64,000 bases of DNA from an uncultured delta proteobacterium. Lineage in GTDB: Bacteria > Myxococcota > Myxococcia > Myxococcales > Myxococcaceae. Shown in pieces: positions 55,683 to 64,000 of the stretch. The notes under the pieces were generated by a model that searched no databases, was not told where the DNA came from, and saw only the letters and a program-made list of their open reading frames with translations. Numbering within the stretch: position 1 is the stretch's first letter; each line of letters begins with the position of its first letter. Where the stretch lies: NCBI GenBank assembly GCA_963771175.1, contig CAVYSY010000047.1, forward strand, positions 32,001-96,000, given 5' to 3'. The translations under genes and the position numbers were made by a program.

Positions 55683-58322
55683 ATGAGTGACTCGACCCAC
55701 AAGCCGCCGCGCCTTGCTCTCGCCTATGCCAGCCTGCTGGTCCGCAAGCCAGGAATGGTCCTCCTCGCGATCCTCGCACTGTTGGCCGTGTCGGGGTGGG
55801 CGATGTCGAAGCTGACCATCAACTCCAACCAGCTCGACCTCATCTCGCAGGACCTCCCCGAGGTCGTCGAGGTCAAGCGCGTCATCGACATGGTGGGTGG
55901 CAGCGGCTACCTCATGATGGCCTTCCGTTCCGAGAGCGAGCCCACGCTCAAGAAGGTGGCCGACGACATCGCCGCGAAGCTGCTGGCGGACAAGGAGCAC
56001 GTCCGCTTCATCACCTACAAGGTGCCGGTCGAGTTCGTGCAGCAGAACATGGCCCTCTTCATCAAGACGGAGGACCTGGCCGAGGGCAAGCGCCGCATCA
56101 TGGCGTACCTGAAGGATCAGCTGCGCCGCAACAACCCCTTCTTCATCGAAATCCAGAAGACCGAGCCGGTGAAGCTCGACCTGACGGACCTCATCGACAA
56201 GTACAGCAGCGTCGGCAAGAAGAGCATCCGGGATGACTACTACATCTCGAACGACCGCAAGATGATGCTCATCCTCATCAAGCCGATGTGGGACTCCAAT
56301 CAGCTCGGCCAGACCAAGGAGTTCGTCGAGCAGCTCCGCAAGGACCTCGCCGGCTACTCGGCCGGCGGCGTGAAGCTGGTGGAGGACTACGACAAGATGG
56401 GTGACGACAAGCTCGTCGCCTACGGCTTCACCGGCTCCTACAAGACGGCGGTGGACGACTCGTACGCCATCGAGGAGTCGCTGCAGCCGGTGTCGCTCAT
56501 CGCCTTCGCGGCCATCTTCGTCATCACCATCCTGGCCTTCCGCAAGTGGGTGCCCACCCTCATCGTGGCCAGCGGCACGGTGATCGGCACCGTCATGACC
56601 ATGGGCTTCACCTACGTCACCGTGGGCGAGCTCAACATGATCACCAGCATCCTCGGCGGCCTGCTGCTGGGGTTCGGCATCGACTACGGCATCCACTTCA
56701 TCTTCCGCACGCGGCTGGAGCTGGGCCAGGGCAAGCGCTACGACGACGCCATCCGCGACGCGGTCATCAACGCGGGCCGGCCGGCGCTGGTGTCCGCGGT
56801 GGTGACGTCGGGCTCGTTCTTCGTGCTGATGCGCAGCGAGTTCCGCGGCTTCAGCCAGTTCGGCTTCCTGGCCGGGTGCGGCACGTTCCTCATCGGCGTG
56901 CTGCTGTTCGCCTGGAGCCCGGCGCTGCTGGCGCTGCTGGGCCGCATCAACCCCGAGCTGCCCAAGAAGCTCATCGGCGAGATGAAGCCGCCGGCCACCC
57001 AGAGCGCCTCCACGGGCAAGGAGCTGCGCATTCCCCGGCCCGGTCTGATGCTCGTGGTGGGCACCATCATCGTGGGCTTCATGTGCGCCTTCGCCCTCCC
57101 CTGGAGCGACGTGGACGTGCCCACGGATCGTCCCGCCTCCATGGCCGATCGCATCAAGGCCGGCGTGCGCTTCAACTACAACAGCCGCGCCCTCATCCCC
57201 GAGGGCCAGTCGTCGGTGCGGCTGCAGGATGAGATCAGCGCGCGCTTCAACATCTCCAGCGATCCCATCGCCGTCTACACGAAGACGCTGGAGGAGACGA
57301 AGGCCGTCTACGACGAGCTCACCGATCCCAAGAACAAGGAGAAGTACTCCGCCATCGACCAGGTGGTGAGCATCTACACCTTCGTCCCGCCGCCGGGCAC
57401 GGCCGAGGCCAACGCGAAGATCCTCACGGAGTGGAAGGAAGAGCTGAAGGACATCGACGTGGCGGCGCTGCCCCCGGAGGCGCAGGACAAGGCGGCCCTC
57501 TTCATGAAGATGCTGGAGGCCAAGCCCTTCGACGTGCACGGGGTGCCGGACGTCTACGCCTCGCAGTTCCGCCACCTGCCGGAGACGAAGCCGGAGAACC
57601 ACGGCTACCTGACGTTCATCTACCCGAACGTGGACCTGTGGGACGGCAAGAAGATGCTCACCTTCGTCGATCAGACGAGCAAGATTCCCACGCCGGAGAT
57701 CAAGGATGCCTCGGGCAAGGTCATCGCCGCGTCACAGGATCGCCGTGCGGCGGGCTCGGCGCCGCTGTTCGCGCGGCTGGCGCGCATCGTGCTCTCCGAT
57801 GGCCAGTGGGCGGTGCTCCTCGTCACGCTGTGGATCCTGGTGATGCACTTCCTGGACTTCCGCAACGTGAAGCTGGCGCTGGCGTCCGTCATCCCGCTCA
57901 CGGTGGGCCTCGCCATGATGCTCGGCATCATGACGCTGGCGGACCTGCACCTGAACTTCATGAACATCATCATCCTGCCCATCCTGCTGGGCTTCGGGGT
58001 GAGCCACGGGCTGTACCTGCTGCACCGCTACCTGGAGGGCACCTCGCCGGTGGTGGCGCTGCGCAGCGTGGGCGCGGCGGTGGCCTCGTCCACGCTGACG
58101 ACGGCCGCGGGCTTCGCCGCCCTCCTGGCCGCCAGCCACAACGGCCTCAAGTCCATGGGCCTCGTGGCCTGCATCGGCCTCATCACCACACTGGTGGTGT
58201 CCTTCACGGTGCTCGCCGCGGTGATGCAGGTGATGTGGGACCGGCTGCCGCGCAAGCTGCAGGACGGCGTGCAGCCGCCGACTCCCGCCCACAAGCCCTC
58301 GGACAAGTCCGAGGCGGCCTGA
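55683..58322 (+). CDS. MMPL/RND-family transporter (HpnN-like)
   Basis: Two 1+5 TM halves with large periplasmic loops; LLGFGIDYGIH and LLGFGVSHGLY. Confidence 0.9.
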   Translation: MSDSTHKPPRLALAYASLLVRKPGMVLLAILALLAVSGWAMSKLTINSNQLDLISQDLPEVVEVKRVIDMVGGSGYLMMAFRSESEPTLKKVADDIAAKLLADKEHVRFITYKVPVEFVQQNMALFIKTEDLAEGKRRIMAYLKDQLRRNNPFFIEIQKTEPVKLDLTDLIDKYSSVGKKSIRDDYYISNDRKMMLILIKPMWDSNQLGQTKEFVEQLRKDLAGYSAGGVKLVEDYDKMGDDKLVAYGFTGSYKTAVDDSYAIEESLQPVSLIAFAAIFVITILAFRKWVPTLIVASGTVIGTVMTMGFTYVTVGELNMITSILGGLLLGFGIDYGIHFIFRTRLELGQGKRYDDAIRDAVINAGRPALVSAVVTSGSFFVLMRSEFRGFSQFGFLAGCGTFLIGVLLFAWSPALLALLGRINPELPKKLIGEMKPPATQSASTGKELRIPRPGLMLVVGTIIVGFMCAFALPWSDVDVPTDRPASMADRIKAGVRFNYNSRALIPEGQSSVRLQDEISARFNISSDPIAVYTKTLEETKAVYDELTDPKNKEKYSAIDQVVSIYTFVPPPGTAEANAKILTEWKEELKDIDVAALPPEAQDKAALFMKMLEAKPFDVHGVPDVYASQFRHLPETKPENHGYLTFIYPNVDLWDGKKMLTFVDQTSKIPTPEIKDASGKVIAASQDRRAAGSAPLFARLARIVLSDGQWAVLLVTLWILVMHFLDFRNVKLALASVIPLTVGLAMMLGIMTLADLHLNFMNIIILPILLGFGVSHGLYLLHRYLEGTSPVVALRSVGAAVASSTLTTAAGFAALLAASHNGLKSMGLVACIGLITTLVVSFTVLAAVMQVMWDRLPRKLQDGVQPPTPAHKPSDKSEAA

Positions 58323-58425
58323 GTGGGATGACACGCCGCATCGAGGCGTGTGACACCGCGCCGGATGAACATCTCCGGCGCAACCGATTGGAAGGGAGCC
58401 GTCGCCCCCGATGAGACGGAGCGCT

Positions 58426-58533
58426 TAGCAATCCAGCCCAGTCCACTCGCGGCGTCCGCTCCTTCTTCAGTTCCTCCCTCGCCGCGGCCTCAGGCGCCAC
58501 GCTCGCCCCCTCCTCTCCTGCTTGGGGGAGCAA
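58426..58533 (-). mobile_element. Fragment of an IS91-like (Y2/HUH) transposase C-terminal region
   Basis: LLPQAGEEGASVAPEAAAREELKKERTPRVDWAGLL resembles, from recollection, the C-terminal linker of myxobacterial IS91-family transposases; no start or ends are present. Confidence 0.6.
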
Positions 58534-58745
58534 GTGAATCTCGCAGGAAAGCAGCGAGGTGGTCAGTCCGTGTCGAATTCGCGCACCCTCTGGCGCGCTT
58601 CGGCCAGCAGCTTGCTGTTCCAAAGTCACCTTGCCTTCGCTCATCTCGACCGCCCAGCTCAGATTCCAACTGCCGGAAAGACCGAAATCGGCACCTGCTT
58701 TGTGCCGAAGCCGGCCAGCATCGGCATCTCCGCCGGATGTCCCCA

Positions 58746-58982
58746 TCACGACTTCATCTCCTCCTCGAGGATTCGCCGCCCTTCAGCGAGGAGCTGGACC
58801 AGTTGGTCATAGGAAAAAAGCTTGTTGGCTCCTCCCTCATGCAGCGCCACCTCGATCTCGCCTTCGTCAGTGGCGGAGATGTCGAACAGCACCGTGTCAC
58901 CCTCCACGAGCTCGAAGATCGGATGCTCGCGATCGAGGGGAGAGAACTTCCGAAAGTGTGGATTCCTTACTCGGCTGTTCAA
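58746..58982 (-). CDS. Small acidic protein, probable orphan immunity protein, 78 aa
   Basis: Lower GC; GAGGAG RBS and a TTG start overlapping the stop of the upstream toxin stub. Confidence 0.6.
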   Translation of the reverse strand: MNSRVRNPHFRKFSPLDREHPIFELVEGDTVLFDISATDEGEIEVALHEGGANKLFSYDQLVQLLAEGRRILEEEMKS

Positions 58983-59173
58983 GGTCTTCTCCTCAGGGAC
59001 TGATCACGCTGGAGGACCGCCTTGGAGGCATCGGCGCTGTCGCTGGCGGCGGCCAGCGTGGGCAGGCCCGACAGCAGCAGCACGAGGCAGGTGGCCAGCA
59101 CGCCCGCAGTCAGGGAGAGGCCTCTCCGCGCCCCGCCGCGAACCGGGCAGCCGCTCGTCGTGGCAGCGGACAT
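58979..59173 (-). pseudogene. Toxin stub: signal peptide and N-terminal leader followed by only 8 further codons
   Basis: MSAATTSGCPVRGGARRGLSLTAGVLATCLVLLLSGLPTLAAASDSADASKAVLQR is nearly identical to the N-terminus of the 59594..60446 toxin, then DQSLRRRP*. Confidence 0.7.
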
Positions 59174-59239
59174 CATCCACCCCCCCAGGCCCAACGAGAC
59201 GAAGGCGCCAGGCCTCAAGCTGGAGTCCGGCTGCGGGAA
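59005..59239. repeat. Direct repeat, copy 1 (235 bp)
   Basis: Aligns by eye to 60277..60510 with about 17 differences (roughly 93% identity). Confidence 0.95.
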
Positions 59240-59581
59240 TCAGAACGATTCGAGGCTCGACTCGAAAAAGTCGAGGTCGTTCTCGATGACCTTCATGCCA
59301 GCCGCCACGATGACGAAACGCTTCCCATGGCTCACAATCACATGCACATCCCGCTCAGCCACGTCCTCGCGAAAGGCGACATGGACTCGACGGAGGTCAT
59401 CGGCTGTGGGGTTGCTGATCTCAATCTCCCCGAGTTTGGTCGGGAGATTCACGAAGTCCACTCCCGCGAAGATGATATCCACGTTCTTCGGGTGCCGTTC
59501 GGTGCGTGCGCTTCGGAGCAGAAGCTGATCGTGGCTGACCCGGAACTCCCAGACGCGGAAGGTTCGTCCTGACAGATTCAT
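59240..59581 (-). CDS. Probable cognate immunity protein, 113 aa
   Basis: Starts 12 nt after the toxin stop; GAGGTG RBS; RTFRVWEFRVSHDQLLLRS...NVDIIF motif; lower GC. Confidence 0.7.
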   Translation of the reverse strand: MNLSGRTFRVWEFRVSHDQLLLRSARTERHPKNVDIIFAGVDFVNLPTKLGEIEISNPTADDLRRVHVAFREDVAERDVHVIVSHGKRFVIVAAGMKVIENDLDFFESSLESF

Positions 59582-59593
59582 CGAGCACCTCAA

Positions 59594-60446
59594 TCACTGA
59601 AACGGGTTCGGCACGACCTTGCCATCTCGGAAGAACGTGATCCGCTCCCACCACTGCGGGTTGGTCTTGATTTGGAGCAACTCCCAGTCAGTAGCTCCGC
59701 CGCGCCCCGCCGCTGAACGAGACACTGCGCGCCAAGCGTCATAAATTCCAGTCAGATTAAAACTGACGCGGTTCGCGGGGTTGCTCATGATCTCGGTGAA
59801 CGCCGACTTCCACTTCGTGGGATTGGCGCGAGCCCACTCCTTCCATGTGCTTCCACCGACCGACTTCGCGAAATCATCGAGGTGGTCGGCAAGGCCGAGC
59901 GCGATGTGCTTTCCCGGCGTTGCGGCAAGCTGGGGGGCCTTCAACACGGGCGGCAGGGCAGCAGCGTTCGTTCCCGCGGCCTGGCCTACGACCTTCAAGG
60001 TATCGGCCATGCCCTGGTAGTACTGGCTGCTCAGTTGCGCCTGTGCCTCGTCCAGCTCGTCGGTGCCGAAGTTCGCCGGCATCGGCACCTCCGGCGCGGC
60101 CTCCCGGAAGAAGGCCCGCCGCTCCTGGGGCGACATCTCCATGAGCTGGTCCGCCGTGACACGCTCCGCAGCCTCCGCACCTCCTCTCTCGGCCGGTAAG
60201 GGATGACCGGCCGGGTCGGCGGTGGGTGGGCGAGCGGAAACAGGGGCCGCCGCGCTGGCTGACTTGCGCTTCTTGCCACGCTGAAGGACCGCCTTGGAGG
60301 CATCGGCGCTGTCGCTGGCGGCGGCCAGCGAGGGCAGGCCCGACAGCAGCAGCACGAGGCTGGTGGCCAGCACGCCCGCAAGTCAGGGAGAGGCCTCTCC
60401 GCGTCCCGCCGCGAACCGGGTAACCGCTTATCGTGTCAGCGGACAT
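59594..60446 (-). CDS. Secreted polymorphic toxin-like protein, about 283 aa (one extra base near 60381)
   Basis: ATG overlaps the end of the barrel gene; signal peptide; lower-GC C-terminal domain IALGL...TDWELLQIK.NPQWW.RITF...NPF resembles RHS-type toxin tips. Confidence 0.7.
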
Positions 60447-60510
60447 AATCCACTCCCAGGCCCAACGAGACGAATGCGCTAGGCCTCAGGCTGGAGTCCG
60501 GCTGCGGGAA
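60277..60510. repeat. Direct repeat, copy 2 (234 bp), spanning the barrel 3' end and the toxin 5' end
   Basis: Near-identical to 59005..59239. Confidence 0.95.
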
Positions 60511-61778
60511 GAAGAGAGTGCCCCCTTGCGCCAGCCCGTAGAAGTGCCGGGCGAAGCGGCAGCGCACCTCCGCCGAAAAGGTGTAACGCGCGCCGGGCTG
60601 CCCCACGGCCGTCGCGATGGCGCTGAACGCCAGCCCCATGCGCCGCTGGGCGAGGTAGGTTGACACACGCGCGTCGGCGTCCACCCGGCCCCAGGTGAAG
60701 ACCTCTGCCGCCACCGAGAGCTCGAGGTTGCGCTCCGCGGCGTCGCGGTCGATGGAGTCCCACCCCACCACCAACTCCCCGAAAGCGGAGTAACCGTCCG
60801 GGAAGGGCGCCTCGGCCGCAGGCACCGGCGAAGGTCCAGCGGCGGTGAAGCGAGCGAGTTCGTAGTCCGGGCCGAAGAAGCCCTGGCGGAAGCCGCCCCG
60901 CTGGATCCGCGCCTCCAACCGCCCCCCAGCTCCAGCGTGGGGCTGCGTTGCTCCAGCCCGAGGCCCACCACCGCGCCCCATGCGCCAGGCCGTTCAGGGC
61001 GTGCGCCTCCTCCGGCCACCGCGTGCACCTGGAAGTCCTCCTGGAAGATGAACACCGCGTTGAGGTCCGCATGCGCCAGCGTCACCGGGGCGGAGCGACC
61101 ACCGGCCCGGCCAAAGTCGTGCACGGCCGACAGGGAGAGGGTGTAGCGTCCGGGCTCCCTGGGACGGCCTGCCACCAGGTGCACCAGGTCCAGTGCCACC
61201 TCGCCGCCCAGCAGGCGAGCCCCCAGCACGTCGCTCCCAAACAGCTCGGCGTACGCCGGACCCAAGGTCCCCGTGAGGTAGGCGCCGGCGGGGTGGTAGT
61301 CCGGGTTGGCGCGGTTGCTGTAGCGCCGCACCAAGTGCCCATTCAGCAGACTGTAGTCCTCCAGCGCCCCAACCCACAGCGCCACCGGGGAGGTGTCCTG
61401 GCCCAACCTCAGCGCGCGTACCACTTGGCCGAAATCAGACAGGCTGTCCCAGTCCTCCGCGCGCAACAACCCCCCGCCGCGCTCCGTCCCGGCGGCACCG
61501 CTCGCCACCCGCAGCCGCAGTGGCGCGCCCACGTCGAAGCCCCAGTCGTCGCCCCCGTCCAGGATGAAGCTCGGCGCCACCTGCGCGAAGACCTCGAGCG
61601 AGCCAGCCTGTGCTCGCGGTCGCAGCGTCAGCCCCGTCAGCTCCAGCCGAGCCCAGGAGTGCACCCCCTCGTCCACGGAAATGGAAGCCCCGCCATCCCC
61701 GGTCCGCGCCTCTCCCTGCTCCATGGCCCCCGCATCGCCCTGAGTCAGCAAAAGCATCACGAGAAGCGTGCTCGTCAT
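60436..61778 (-). CDS. Predicted outer-membrane beta-barrel protein, SitB-like, about 447 aa (frameshift near 60925)
   Basis: Short signal peptide; GGAGGA RBS; amphipathic strands throughout; EDWDSLSDFGQVVR and GHLVRRYSN motifs; ends FVSLGLGVDYVR*. Confidence 0.65.
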
Positions 61779-61821
61779 GGCTTCCTCCAAGCGATGGAGC
61801 GGGCTCGCCGCCGGGTAGACG

Positions 61822-62550
61822 TCAGGCCGAGCCCGTGGCCCTACGCCACGCCCCGAGGAGGTTGTCGACGACCTCCTGCAGGCCCACGCCCTTCGTCACC
61901 TGGGTGAAGACGAAGGGCCCCTCACCGCGCATCTTCCGCGCGTCGCGCTCCATCACCGACAGGTCCGCGCCCACGTGCGGCGCCAGGTCCGTCTTGTTGA
62001 TGACCAGCAGGTCGGACTGGGTGATGCCCGGCCCTCCCTTGCGCGGCACCTTGTCCCCGCCCGCCACGTCGATGACGTAGACGGTGTAGTCCGCCAGCTC
62101 GCGGCTGTACTGCGCCGCCAGGTTGTCGCCGCCGCTCTCCACGATGAGCAGCTCCGGCTTGAGCTCCTCCATGAGCTCCTCGAGCGCCAGCAGGTTGTGG
62201 CTGATGTCCTCGCGGATGGCCGCATGCGGACAGCCGCCCGTCTCCACCGCCCTGATGCGCTCGGGCGAGAGCGCCTTGTTGCGCACCAGGAACTCGGCGT
62301 CCTCCTTGGTGAAGATGTCGTTGGTCACCACGCCCAGCCGGTACTGGTCCCTCAGCGCCCGGCACAGCGCCAGCACCAGCGCCGTCTTCCCGCTCCCCAC
62401 CGGCCCGCCGATGCCGATGGTGAAGGACCTCGACGAGAAGTCGCGCCGCTTGGGCGCCTCACGCTCGTGGTAGTGGCCCGGGTGGTCCCAGTCCTCGTGC
62501 GTGTGGTCGTGGTCGTCGTCATGGCCGTGGCCGCGGTGGTCGTCGTGCAT
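61822..62550 (-). CDS. ureG: Urease accessory GTPase with a His-rich N-terminus
   Basis: [27 protein letters not shown]. Confidence 0.96.
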   Translation of the reverse strand: MHDDHRGHGHDDDHDHTHEDWDHPGHYHEREAPKRRDFSSRSFTIGIGGPVGSGKTALVLALCRALRDQYRLGVVTNDIFTKEDAEFLVRNKALSPERIRAVETGGCPHAAIREDISHNLLALEELMEELKPELLIVESGGDNLAAQYSRELADYTVYVIDVAGGDKVPRKGGPGITQSDLLVINKTDLAPHVGADLSVMERDARKMRGEGPFVFTQVTKGVGLQEVVDNLLGAWRRATGSA

Positions 62551-62558
62551 GGTTCACC

Positions 62559-63221
62559 TCAGGAAAGGAAGAGCCGCGAGTAGAGCCGGTCGTGCGTGGC
62601 GCCGAGCAGGTCCATCAGCGGCGACGTCTGCGCCAGCGACTCCAGGCCCAGCCCGGCGCAGGACTCGAGCACCGCGTCCAGCACCGGGGCGCACTGGTGC
62701 TGGAGCTGGTGGGACTCGTGCGTGCCCACGATGCCCAGCCGCACCGCCGCGGACAGCGCGCCCCGCAGGGTGAGGGACAGGCAGAGCCGCTGCGAGTCCA
62801 ACAGCTCGACGTCCAGGGCGCGCAGCACCGCGCCGAAGAGGGGCGCGTGGTGGTAGCGCGACTTCGCCTCCCGAACGGCCTGCCGCAGCGGCGCCACGGG
62901 CCCGGGGAAGATGCGCGCGCACGTGTCCAGGAAGGCCCGCCCCTGCGTGCGGCTCGCCCGGTTGGCCACGTGGTTGGTGAGGAACGCCTCCGTGCGAGCG
63001 TCCAGCGACTCCAGCGTGCCGGGCTCGCGCCAGGCCTCGCTCAGCAGCGGCAGCGCTCCGTACCCCGTCTGCCACAGCAGCTCGCGCACGAAGCGCTCCA
63101 GGCCCTCGCCGCCGCGCACCTCGCCCTGCTGCACCGCCGCCTCCAGGCCCCCCGAGTGCGCGAAGCCCCCAGTGGGGAAGCCCGAGTCGGCCAGTTGCAA
63201 CACCCTCCACGGGGAGCCCAT
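62559..63221 (-). CDS. ureF: Urease accessory protein
   Basis: LQLADSGFPTGGFAHSGGLE, SAAVRL, HDRLYSRLFLS. Confidence 0.93.
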   Translation of the reverse strand: MGSPWRVLQLADSGFPTGGFAHSGGLEAAVQQGEVRGGEGLERFVRELLWQTGYGALPLLSEAWREPGTLESLDARTEAFLTNHVANRASRTQGRAFLDTCARIFPGPVAPLRQAVREAKSRYHHAPLFGAVLRALDVELLDSQRLCLSLTLRGALSAAVRLGIVGTHESHQLQHQCAPVLDAVLESCAGLGLESLAQTSPLMDLLGATHDRLYSRLFLS

Positions 63222-63232
63222 GGCACCGTCCC

Positions 63233-64000
<768 letters not shown>

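Noticed and set aside
58204..58749. 181-aa ORF as an intact gene
   Set aside because: It is a chimera of unassigned DNA, a short transposase fragment and the antisense end of the MMPL gene.
59005..60510. Repeat pair as the template and variable repeats of a diversity-generating retroelement
   Set aside because: Mismatches are not confined to adenines, the repeat covers a gene 5' end, and no reverse transcriptase is in the window.

Overview
High-GC myxobacterial DNA (Archangium/Cystobacter-like, inferred from the gene families present) carrying about 50 genes. Many genes, including the housekeeping genes metK, ahcY and manC, are split by single-base indels that cluster in a few stretches. These are best read as sequencing or consensus errors. 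From left to right: (1) an operon with a Ser/Thr kinase-STAND NTPase-TM-coiled-coil protein, followed by two pairs of a TPR(/PEGA) protein and a Cys-rich-repeat lipoprotein; (2) an M4 protease, exbB-exbD-tonB and assorted secreted or lipoprotein genes; (3) sugar and envelope genes (BMP, ROK, PMM/PGM, manC, a double-SGNH protein plus an MBOAT O-acyltransferase, uppP); (4) DegP, two DUF4139 genes, sthA and metK-ahcY; (5) MlaC-like, PF10136 and MMPL genes; (6) a polymorphic toxin locus; (7) ureC-ureF-ureG. The strongest candidate for an undescribed system is the toxin locus (58.4-61.8 kb). It consists of an outer-membrane beta-barrel gene, a short toxin with a signal peptide but no lipobox, and its immunity gene. 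These are followed by a ~235-bp direct repeat of the barrel/toxin junction, a toxin stub that has lost its toxic domain, an orphan immunity gene and an IS91-like transposase fragment. Other leads are a sequence motif shared by the metK and ahcY leaders, interleaved inverted repeats in the pmm leader, and a eukaryote-like His-rich UreG. No tRNA, rRNA or CRISPR array was recognised. All family assignments come from motif recognition by eye, not from database searches.
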